DNA of 61,855 nt, the filler included, from Choristocarpus tenellus KU-1152 (taxonomy: Eukaryota > Protista > Phaeophyceae): the NCBI GenBank assembly GCA_964200185.2. It is 8 parts of 8 records of this genome, joined end to end, with 100 filler letters (N's around TTAATTAATTAA, not from the genome) between each part and the next. Parts side by side here need not be neighbours in the genome. Positions count along the whole stretch, not along the records: positions 39,811 to 53,709 come from CAXNAD020001329.1; positions 53,810 to 58,185 come from CAXNAD020014841.1; positions 58,286 to 61,855 come from CAXNAD020019196.1; 5 more parts are not named here. One strand, given 5' to 3'. Below are positions 49,901-59,990 of this stretch, piece after piece (position 1 is the stretch's first letter; every line of letters begins with the position of its first letter). The translations under genes were made by a program, and so were the position numbers. Below the pieces are notes generated by a model that saw only the letters and a program-made list of their open reading frames with translations, had not been told where the DNA came from and did not search any database.

Positions 49901-50495
49901 GTATATTTCATTCCTCCTTTGACTGCAGGTCATGTCGGAACATAGTGGCCATGTTGTGGTTCTGGCGGCAACTGTAGATATCTCTTGGATCGATCCTGCT
50001 CTCCTTCGACCAGGGCGTCTGGATCAAAGGGTTTACTTGGGTCCCCCTGAATTATCCGCCCGTCGTTCCATTATCCACTCACACCTCCTACGTATGCCAG
50101 TGCACATTTCATGCCCCCAAGAGGAGGGGGGAGGTGATGGAGCAGAGAAGCGAAGAGCAGGTGCAGAGGGGAAGTGTAGGGAGAGGAGAGTGGGTGGAGA
50201 AACGTGTCCAGGAACAAACCAAGGGTATCATTATCCAGAGGGCGATGGTGGGAATGGTGCTGGTCAAAGTCCAAGCATTTGCAGCAGCAGTGGTGATGAT
50301 ACCGCGTTCATTTCATTGGGAGCCTGTGCTCAATGGTTGGCACAAGAAACAGTAGGTCGATCAGGGGCTGATGTGGCCAGTGCCTGCAGTGAGGCGGCAA
50401 TGGCTTCACTCAGGGATAGCCTCCAGTCCAAATTTGTTTCAAGACGTCACTTTCAAATTGCCCTCCACTCACTACCACAGCAAACAGAGTCATAG
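43924..50495 (+). CDS. Type II (two-module) AAA+ protein, CDC48/AFG2(SPATA5)-related; exons 43924-44993, 45308-45401, 45861-45968, 47215-47973, 48357-48602, 49130-49213, 49460-49552, 49929-50495 (~1006 aa)
   Basis: Walker A GPTGTGKT and GPHGCGKT; Walker B VVLDQVE and ILFLDQVE; SRH DRSLLQRGRLE and DPALLRPGRLD; HGYVGSDL and GRSGADV; all junctions phase-compatible (intron 1 is GC-AG). Confidence 0.88.
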
Positions 50496-53089
50496 ACATA
50501 GAGATGAATGGAGCTTTAAGGGCTGATGCCTACGACTACTGTTCATGGTTCATGGCCTGCAGTAGGTGTGGCACTCTAATGTCTGGAGTGTTGTGTGTGT
50601 TAGACCATGCAGCTAACAAAGCCTGGCTTCTGCCTATTCTGTCCTCTATTCTTTATCGTGTTTTGGGTGAAATATATTAAAAGGTACTATGAGTACGTTC
50701 TTTGTATTGCACTTGCCTCTGTGTATTTTGGTTGTATCTTACCGCTGTGAACTACAGGTTGCACTTTAGGGTAGAAGCGAGAAGCGCATCACCATTCTGC
50801 TGCTCAACAAATGATATTTTGAGCTTTACCGGATAGAATATGGGCTACTATTTTATTCACAGCTAGTGGGGGGGGTATGACACACTTGCACTCCGAAGTA
50901 CTTGCACAAAAGAAATATGTTTGTGGACGTAACACTTTCATCATGGTGCAGTGCACAAATGGTTGCAAAAGGATGTACTTCTATGTCTATGGTATACCAT
51001 ACAGGTAATCGTTGCTTTGCTTTGTACCAGCAATAATATTACAGAGACAGCATTGCGACTTCAGCTTGTTGTGTTGTGGTATGGATTTCACTTGACACCC
51101 TATATACATCCGAATTCACCGTGTCCCTAATATGAATTGTTATTTTGTTAGTGGTGTGGTTCACTCAGACAAGTGTGGCAAAGAGATTTACTGGGCAAGA
51201 AACTTACCGGACGGACCAACACGAAACATAGCTGAGAGAATAAGGAAAGGTTGGGTATGGGTAGGTGTGGAGTAAAGTGAGGATTCAGACCAGGGGAACC
51301 AGAGAAACCCCTTGACGATTGGTACAGAGTCCAACCTCAGAACCTAGGTTCTTGAAGAGACACCAGTGTGGAACCGTGGTTCTTGAAACATGCCAAATGC
51401 TAAGAAATCATGAAGATAGATTATATCGCAATGGACAGTATGATAATGGTCGAGTCCGGCTCTCCACAAGTAGAAAGAATGTAGTGAAAGGAGATGTTAA
51501 AAGGAGGAAGAATTCGGTGCACCTAAAACGGGCGATGAAGAGAAACACCTACGACCAATAATACTTGCGATAGGATGTCATCAGTTGTCACATATCGCGA
51601 TGTTCTATGGGGAAAAGGGGTGGAGAAAAAAAAACATGTTATACTAGGTTTATAGTTAAAACCACAAAGGGAAAGAGGAACAAACCCAAAGGAGATAGAG
51701 ACAATGACAACGGTATGTGTCTATGTTTCCTGATCTGCATGAGTTACCTTGCCTCTGCTTTAGGATGGCGTGCATCAGGTATCACAGTATCCCATAATGC
51801 TGTTTGTGCCTTCGATCATACTCTCGTACTGGGAGAGTTGGTTGGTTGTCCTTGTACCCTAGGAAGGGAATTGCTTTGATTTCGTTGGGACAACCCCTAT
51901 AATCGCGTGTCTAGAATGCGCGCGCAAGAACGCAAATGACACCATCCCACTCCTAATAAGAGTGGGCTGTATGCATTATTAAAAGAGATTCACTCCGTTT
52001 TGCAAATAATTACTATGTAGTCTGAGTAGTATTCAGTGATAGTAGATGTATACTACCATAATACTCCAGAGTTTATTACTTCAATGTACTTCATGATGAA
52101 GGAGACAAGGGGTAGACACTGATCATGGTCACACATGTCTTAGGGGAGGAGCACAAGTCCGGCAACACTCACCTATGGTCAGGCAACTGGGCAGTGTCTG
52201 CAGGTAGATGGGGATCCGCTGAACCCTGGAAGATCGAAGCCCCTTCAGAGTTTACCGCAATTTCCGTCTGACTACAGTGTTCAATGTAGGGTACACTACA
52301 GTGCTGCTCCTGCCCCTTACCAGGAAAAGAGTACACTACTGGATGTGGCCCTTACTGAGGTTCAAGCGAATTGTCACCTTTTGACACCCATTAACGAACA
52401 GTGACGCTACTGAATCCACGGCCGAGGATTGGAAGTGAAACCACTACAAGAAGTGGTCCTTTGCCCAACATAGTTTTATCCTGAACACCTTCATGGTGGA
52501 AAGGTTCGGGCGCTTATGCACAGAGGCAAAGTGATTTCTGGATGACTTGTCATCTCATGTTGTACGTGGTGGGGAGGTAGAAGAAGGTTTTAGTTGGAAG
52601 GGAGTGGTGAAGGCATGCCTGCGACACATTGTGTCAGTATCTGATAAAATAGCTATATCTAGACGTGTAGTATATTTTAAACTGGGGACAGCAAGTTGGT
52701 GGGCTAGGAGGGGCTTGATCGATTCGTGAGATGCTTCTCTTTCTTCTCGACTGCCTTTCGCGGTGTCATCTAGAAACTGTTTCAAATACTGAGCCAAACC
52801 AATTGAGAGGTGGCCAGATTTGGACCCTTTTTGTATACTAAGACAAGTTTCTTACCCTGTACAATACACTCTATTTCGTTGCTGTATGCACAATAGTGTA
52901 CACAAAATTGCTATTCCTCCTTTCCACACAGAAAGTGACACCCCAATTAAGCAAAGACTTTTTCTGCAACTGTACAAATGATATATTTCTGCCCTTTCTC
53001 AGGATCCTTAAATGTAATCCTGCCTACCCCTCAGTTGGTTTGACTCATTGTGTAGTGGTTCTAGTAAAATTGTCTTGTTTTCTCAATTT

Positions 53090-53272
53090 GACTCAAAATA
53101 TCTGGGGTGAGGTGACGGCTGTCCATCCAAGGCTCATTTTTCCGTTTCGCGATTTTTGGGTGATTTGGTTGCATGCGTCGGATGGATGCTGTAAGTGCAC
53201 TTTTCCTGGTCAGGGACCGAATGGGCACCCTGGTGTAGCCACCTCCACCCCCCCCCCCAAATACTTTGAGCC
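53090..53272. mobile_element. MITE-like family C (complete copy)
   Basis: TIRs GACTCAAAATATCTGGGG / CCCCAAATACTTTGAGCC; TTT on both flanks. Confidence 0.8.
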
Positions 53273-53346
53273 TTTTCAAGTATACAACTCTTTTTCTTGT
53301 TGGCGCATATAACAGAGACCTTTAGTGGTGTTCGTTATGTTCTTTT

Positions 53347-53475
53347 AACAGCCGATTTCAAAAATTGAGGATGACATATAAAAAAAAATACATATCGACA
53401 CTTTATCCCAGTCAATTTTGGGTCAAGCCCATCCTCAATGAAAAGCTCCATCCTCAATTTTTGAAATCGGCTGTT
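53347..53475. mobile_element. 129-bp MITE-like element with perfect 27-bp TIRs
   Basis: AACAGCCGATTTCAAAAATTGAGGATG and its exact reverse complement; T-runs on both flanks. Confidence 0.75.
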
Positions 53476-53596
53476 TTTTCCTGGTGATTATTATTTTACA
53501 TATTCGATTCCTATCGTCTTCATTGCATTCTCTACTTTATGCTTCTTCTTCCTCCCAGATAACAACCTCTCCAAAATATCATGAGGTATGATGATA

Positions 53597-53709
53597 TTTC
53601 ATTGGTTTCCCCCTGACACATCTGCAAAATGTCAGAGGGCATAATAATAAAATATTTCATTACTCCATATTATTTTATTATGCCCTCTGACATTTTGCAG
53701 ATGTGTCAG
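53597..53709. mobile_element. Two family B repeats tail-to-tail
   Basis: Forward copy ends GGGCATAATAATAA and is flanked by ATATTTCATT direct repeats (53594, 53652); an inverted copy follows up to the contig end. Confidence 0.8.
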
Positions 53710-53809
53710 NNNNNNNNNNNNNNNNNNNNNNNNNNNNNNNNNNNNNNNNNNNNTTAATTAATTAANNNNNNNNNNNNNNNNNNNNNNNNNNNNNNNNNNN
53801 NNNNNNNNN
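53710..53809. other. Artificial contig spacer
   Basis: N44-TTAATTAATTAA-N44. Confidence 0.98.
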
Positions 53810-53814
53810 GAAAA

Positions 53815-53998
53815 GGCCCAAAGTGTCTGGGGGGGGGGGGGTCTACACCAGAGTGTCCATTTGTGGACCAAACCAGGAAAAATGCACTTTCATTATTCAT
53901 TATCCATCCAACGTATGGAACCAAATCACCCAAAGATCGCAACATGAAAAAAATATCCCCAAATGGACAGCCGCCACCCCCCCCAGATACTTTGAGCC
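53815..53998. mobile_element. MITE-like family C (complete), apparently nested in a family A copy whose right half spans ~53999-54127
   Basis: GGCCCAAAGTGTCTGGGG / CCCCAGATACTTTGAGCC with AAAA on both flanks; followed directly by family A internal sequence and TIR. Confidence 0.8.
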
Positions 53999-54541
53999 AA
54001 AAGGAGTCTCTGGAACAAGGATATTGGCGTCTCCTAACGAATATGATAGCCAAAATTACATCAAAATTGCAACAGTGGATTTTGACCAGAAACGGACGTG
54101 GCTCTACCCTCTAAGATACTTTCACTCTTTGAAGGACTAGGTGTAATCAATATATTAAGGATCTATCAACCTTGACTCCAAAAGATGCATATGCACTAAT
54201 TGATTAGGCCGTGTTTAACTTGACCCAGCGTGATTAATGCATCATTCGAAACCTCCTACAATGACCCTGTGAGCCTCAGGCCTCACCTCAAGGTGGTAGT
54301 CAATCTCGGCCCATGCAGGGAAGGAAATCACATGTACTCCGGATTCAAGCACAGGGAATTTTTTTCTATTTTTTCAGAAACCCATTTCTCTCTGTGAACT
54401 GGACGTGAGTGTGTGATGGGTAGTAACAGGGTGCATTCATGAACACCTGTGGATGGTCCTGACATCTCTTCCTACCTACACATATGAAGGAGTGTACATG
54501 GGTTTGATTTTGGATAATTTCTTATCATGAGTTATAAGTTT

Positions 54542-54813
54542 GACCCAGATCATTTAAGAGCGTAGGGCCACGTCCATTCGGGGTCAAAAATCCGATGTTA
54601 CGATTTTGATGTAATTTTGGCTATCGTGTTTGTTAGGAAGCGTCAATATCCTTGCTCCGGACACAACTATAACAGTCACACTCCAAAATGTTTTGGAGTA
54701 GGTAACTGTTTTGACACAGAAACAGAAAAGAGGAATAAAACAACCCGTTGGAAGCCAAGGCCCAAACAGACAAACAGGGGGGAGCACTCCTACCCTCTTA
54801 AATGCTTGGAATC
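54542..54813. mobile_element. MITE-like family A variant
   Basis: Internal GATTTTGATGTAATTTTGGCTAT...TCAATATCCTTG shared with other copies; TIR variant CATTTAAGAG.GTAG. Confidence 0.75.
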
Positions 54814-55634
54814 TTTAGGTAGGCCATATGAACCCAAACCCTAACCCTAGATATCATGTTTGAAAAATCCAGGAAATGTTAGTAGGGTTTATCCCTCGGG
54901 TAAACCTTGGTCAAATCATGATCCCCCCGCTGTTGATCAAAGCTAGTGTTTGCAGGTGTAGGGCTCTAGTATATTCCACATGTAAACGGGATCCTCCCAC
55001 GTCAATGTGCCTTGCTGAACCAAGCCCTTACCTCAGACAGACCCTACAACTTCTCCCCCCTCTTGACAGTTACCTCTACTATCATAGCTGAAGTCACTAT
55101 TCATGATGTAGTTCTCCATACACTGCCAATACGATTTCCTACTCGATGATTTAGGCACCAACCCCAGACTTTTAGGGTCAGCGGAAGAAGGAAAAGCCGC
55201 TTCGAAAAAAAGAATTAATAACACAGTTCTTACTTCAACCCTCACATCAGCATCAGACTTCCCCTCATTCTCGAACCACTGGACTTCCCCTACATCCCCG
55301 CCACTTACTCCATGAACACATCATAACCTTCATTGGTAGACACCAACAGCATGATCAAGTTGAGAATCTCTATCCTCACGCTCGAACTCCTCCAAAGTGA
55401 CCTCTCGCTGCCCTAAAACACAGTTCTGCCCTGCATCTCAGCCCACCTCACCATCACGACCACCACCACCACCACCACCACCACCACCATTTTTTTTTCC
55501 ATAAAGCCTGCACAAGGATCCTGTGCATCACATTTTTTTTGTTGTTTGCTGTCAACTTTCTACCATAACCTGAAGTTTCAGATTTTTCCATAACCTGAAG
55601 TGCGACGTTTTTCCCCCTTGACATGTTGCTGCAG

Positions 55635-57755
55635 CTTGGATGGAGGCAGGGAAACTCTCCAGGTGGAGCGGGAGAAGACTCAATTCACCCTTGAGAACAA
55701 GTGCCTCGGGCCATCTGGTACTGAAAGCGACAAGCTCCACTCCGGCATTATCGCTGGATCTGCTGGTGATGTCTGTGAGCCAGGGAGAGGAGAAGGTGTG
55801 GAGGGAGTACAAGGGGGAGAGAGGCGATTGGGCTCAAACTGTGCTGATGGACAAGATCGGAACAAAGGGAGGGCTGAGTCTGGGTGGATGGAAGGCTACT
55901 TGGACAGGCATGAGACCAAGGGTGATAATGAGAAGGGTGTACAGAGAGAGGGGACAAGGGGCTCTAAAGGCGCAGATATAGAAGGGACTGGAAGCGGGGT
56001 TGGCATAGACTGGAGTCATGAGAGGGGCAGGATTGAAAGGAGGAGCTCGGGCGAGCAACCGAAGTGTGAGGTGGAGGAGAAAGTGGTGGCTAGTGAGGTG
56101 TGTGAGGTGTGTGAGGAGGATCTCCCCCTGCAGGAGTCGGAGCAAACATCGGAAGAAGAGGTGAGAGTCTTGTTTCATTTGAATTTGATTTTTTTTTAAA
56201 TTTTGTAATACAGGTAAATCAAACTGCTTGTTATATTTAGGGTATTCGGAAATTGATAGGGAGGATATATAACACAAAAATTCTAATCTGTCGCCAGAGT
56301 GGGTTTTATGAATATCAGTGCGATGTGTGTGTCTTTCCATTCGTGCAGATAACAACCCTTAACCATGTCCCCTCTACAATGCTGAAAGGGCATAGAGGAT
56401 ATTTCCAGCACACTTCTGCTGGAGGAGTTGAGTCAAAATATCTTAGAGGGTATGACAGCGTCCGTTTGGGGGTCAAAATTCTACGTTGCGATTTTGATGC
56501 AATTTTGGCTATGGTGTTTGTTTGGAAGTGTCAATATCCTTGTTCCGGACAAACGTTTTCATAACATACACATTTTACCTACTTCGAAACATTTCGGAGT
56601 AGGAAACTGTCATAAAAAAAACTGCGGGAAGCCAAGCCCCAAACAGACAAACAGGGAAAAACTCGTACCCTCTAAGATACTTTCATTCAAAGTTGAGAGC
56701 CAAGAGTCCTGACATGTCCTGTGCTGGTAGGTGATGTCAGAGCAGTATGATAAGGAGTCAGATTTTGAGGAAGATGATGATGAAGGAGGCGTTGGCAGCA
56801 ATGAGGACAAGGAGGAAGACATGCAGGAGGACGACAAGGGGAAGGGCACAACAACCCAAGACAATAGCCAAATGGCAAGTCCATGAATCTGCTATACACA
56901 ATAGGAGGATTGAGATTTTTCTTGCATGGGTTGAGTTGGGTAGGGTATGGTACAGAGATTGTGTCAGGGGATTTAGAGGGATAGTGTGTATGGCAAGGAG
57001 CAAACATAGATATTACAGGGATGTGGTAAGTTGGGTTTCGCTGGACATGCTGGTTTGAGGTTATTAGTATGCGTTTTTTAAGAAGGGTGGCTTTCTCGTG
57101 AAATAGAGAGCACGTAAGGCTCAGGAGAGGTTGTGAGGCAGAGGAGAAATCGGAGGGATAGGACTGAGTTGATATTTTGATAGATCTAGCCAGTGGGGAG
57201 AGGTAAGGATGAAAATGTGGGCGCTGGGATGATTCAACAAAGATGGAGAATGTGAAATGAAGGACAAAGGAAAACAGGCAGCAGTTCATCTTCATAAACA
57301 AGAGCTCTTCTGCTCAAGCTAACTTTTAATTTCTTGCCACTGTAAGAACGCCGTGTGCATCAGTAGGTTGTAACTGATATTTTTTTTTATACTTCAGCCG
57401 GTTGGGAAAACCCTTTTTGGAAAAAAATTGTGTAGTGTGCCCAATCAAACTCACCGGCACACCTAGAATCAGAAACAAGATCTCAAGATCATTGCTACTG
57501 ATGAATGAATTATCAGCCGCTGCCTCACATACAGCTAAACAGCAGGACATTGTTCTCTCTCTCTCTCCCTCCCTTTTTGCCTTGCCCATACACTTTGTTA
57601 GTCTACTCTTTCCCCATGCTCTGTAGGGTACCGAATAGGTGATTACGAGGTCAAGAAACTTCTCGGTGATGGTGCATATGGATGGGTGTACCTATGCCGA
57701 CAATCTGCAGGGAGCATATCAATCTCGACAACTATCCCAGAAGGTGAGGACATAG
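55635..57755 (+). CDS. Partial protein kinase gene: acidic exons 55635-56160 and 56731-~56875, kinase subdomain I exon 57627-~57755; truncated
   Basis: IGDYEVKKLLGDGAYGWVYLC (Gly-rich loop). First junction is phase-compatible; the junction into the kinase exon is unresolved. Confidence 0.65.
56430..56688. mobile_element. MITE-like family A (complete, intronic, opposite orientation to the 10560 copy)
   Basis: GAGTCAAAATATCTTAGAGGGTA / TACCCTCTAAGATACTTTCATTC. Confidence 0.8.
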
Positions 57756-57993
57756 GTATGTATGGCGTACTTGACTTCTTTGGGGAAATGGCAAACATGA
57801 TATCCGTGCTCCGTTCTTTTCTTACATTGAGATACTGCCATGCCGTGCTAATTGGATGTGGACAAAATTTCTCGACAGAAGAAACAGGTGTGAGGTTTTG
57901 TAAAGGTCCTGACCCCGATAATCTAAGGCAATGCACTGTATGGGAACTATCCATTCGCAGCTCTACCCATCTCCTCTGTCCCTTGCTCCAAGC

Positions 57994-58185
57994 GGCTCAA
58001 AGTATCTGGGCGGGGCGGGGCGGCTGTCCTTTTCGGGTCAATTTTGTCATGTCGCGATTTTTGGGTGATTTGGTTGCGTATGTCGGATGGATAGTGTAAG
58101 TGCACGTTTCCTGGTTTTGGCCCAAATGGACACCCTGGTGTCTGTTTCTCTTTGCTCCCTCCCCCACCCCCCCCCCCCCCACCCC
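57994..58185. mobile_element. MITE-like family C, truncated at contig end
   Basis: GGCTCAAAGTATCTGGG terminus; internal sequence matches 53090-53272. Confidence 0.75.
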
Positions 58186-58285
58186 NNNNNNNNNNNNNNN
58201 NNNNNNNNNNNNNNNNNNNNNNNNNNNNNTTAATTAATTAANNNNNNNNNNNNNNNNNNNNNNNNNNNNNNNNNNNNNNNNNNNN
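58186..58285. other. Artificial contig spacer
   Basis: N44-TTAATTAATTAA-N44. Confidence 0.98.
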
Positions 58286-58384
58286 AGAGAAAAAAAAAGA
58301 CTCGCCGTAAGCCTTTTTTTTGTTTATTGTTGACAGTTTTTCATTAATAGTAATAATGGATGATAATAATAATAATAATAATGG

Positions 58385-58424
<40 letters not shown>

Positions 58425-58456
58425 AAGATTAAACTATCGCAACCGTTGTGTGCCCT

Positions 58457-58556
58457 TTCAATAATTTGCTACTCAGATCACCATTACAGTTTGTTGTTGT
58501 TGTCACTTCAATAATTTGCTACTCAGATCACCATTACAGTTTGTTGTTGTTGTCAC
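58457..58556. repeat. Perfect 50-bp tandem duplication
   Basis: TTCAATAATTTGCTACTCAGATCACCATTACAGTTTGTTGTTGTTGTCAC twice. Confidence 0.92.
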
Positions 58557-58994
58557 TTAAAACCCGAACCAGAAACTTGAATGCTGTGAACACCGAAGGA
58601 AGGCTGGGTTAGGAAAACAGGTTGGAGGGGTGTGGTGAGGGAAGGCGTGTGTGTGGGTTTCAGTAGTAGTGCTCGGGTGTGGTGAGGCATACCGTTTCTT
58701 CCGCCTCAAAAACATTATGCGTAGGGTTAGGGTCAGGGTAACCGAAACTTCAGGGTTAGGGTTAGGGTTCAAGGCGGAGGGAGGCGCGATGAAGAGAGCA
58801 CAGTGCCCCTTTGAGATGTGAACCATGCAAGAGGGAGGTCGACCATGCGTTTCAAGGGAGTTCCTATGCCTGCCTAGCGGTATATGGGTTTCAAGGACTG
58901 CGGAGGGCGTTTTTTACTAACAGTGCATTAAAGTACCGGTCTTGTCTCTTAAGATCACACCTTTCGAGGAGCGTCCTTGTGGTTAAGTAAGGGC

Positions 58995-59262
58995 TCGGCG
59001 AGGGGTAGGGTAGCGTCCGTTTCGGGGTCAAAAATAATCCAATGTTGCGATTTTGATGAATTTTTTGTAGTCAAAATGTTTGTTAGGAGGTGTCAATATC
59101 CTTGCTCCAGACAAAACCTTTCATAGTCCGATACACTTTAGGTAGCTGCGTTCACGCAGGAAACCGAAAAACCGAAAAAAGGGCATAAAAACCCCGTGGG
59201 AAGTTGTCCAAATGAATGGACAAACTGGGCAAAACTCCTACCCTCTTTAAATGCTTTGGGTC
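58995..59262. mobile_element. MITE-like family A variant, diverged
   Basis: GCGTCCGTTTCGGGGTCAAAA...TCAATATCCTTGCTCC...CTACCCTCTTTAAATGCTTTGGGTC. Confidence 0.7.
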
Positions 59263-59459
59263 AGATGCGAGAGCAGGCTATCCGGCGACAGGACAGAGTG
59301 ATAATGGAATGGGTGCTCAAGGTTAATTGAAGTAAGGTCGTGCTTGGTGTTTTAAAGATTGAGGTTTTGTGCGGCTCCTAGGAATAAGGTCGGGGTGGGC
59401 AGTGGAAAGCATCAACAATCTCTCACCAACAAACTTGTTCACACCATCGCCGCACATGC

Positions 59460-59506
<47 letters not shown>

Positions 59507-59598
59507 TAACAATAACAATAACAATCCTACTACTACTAATAACAAATAATAATAGTAACGATAAAAATAATAGTAACAATGTAAAAAAATATATGTAC

Positions 59599-59636
<38 letters not shown>

Positions 59637-59688
59637 CCACCGAAATCGAATCGACCCCGAAGAACGGATTCTCCACTCAAACACTCAC

Positions 59689-59990
59689 CCCACTTGTCGG
59701 TTACTTAGAGCCAGTGTGATAAGATCTAGCGCCGATTTCTCGCTCGAAACAGGAAAGAACTTCTGTCCCTCCACGAAGAACCCGTGGTCCTGATGCTCAC
59801 GGACATGTAGTGCGGTTCTTACCCCTCCCCCCGGTCCATATGTTGAACCAGATGTTGAACCCCCCCCCCCTCGCCCCTTACCAAGACCCCCACGCTTGCT
59901 TCTGTTCCTCTGGACCCTTTCCACCTGTGCGTTCCATTCCCCGCTGGCGCTGTCCTCTCTCCTTGAGGCGAGGAGATCAAACACCGCCTC
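59689..59990 (-). CDS. Kinesin motor-domain exon (partial gene)
   Basis: ttgttag|EAVFDLL...LHVREHQDHGFFVEG...VSSEKSALDLITLALSNRQV|gtgagt matches the kinesin segment between (IYN)E.V.DLL and switch I. Confidence 0.8.

Noticed and set aside
52150-55250. Possible LINE RT relic (~52150-52370, +) and Copia linker relic (~55085-55200, -)
   Set aside because: Resemblance rests on a few residues across frameshifts; too weak to annotate
59359-59793. ORFs with poly-I, poly-F, poly-K or poly-L tracts
   Set aside because: Translations of (AAT)n and poly-T microsatellites in a kinesin intron
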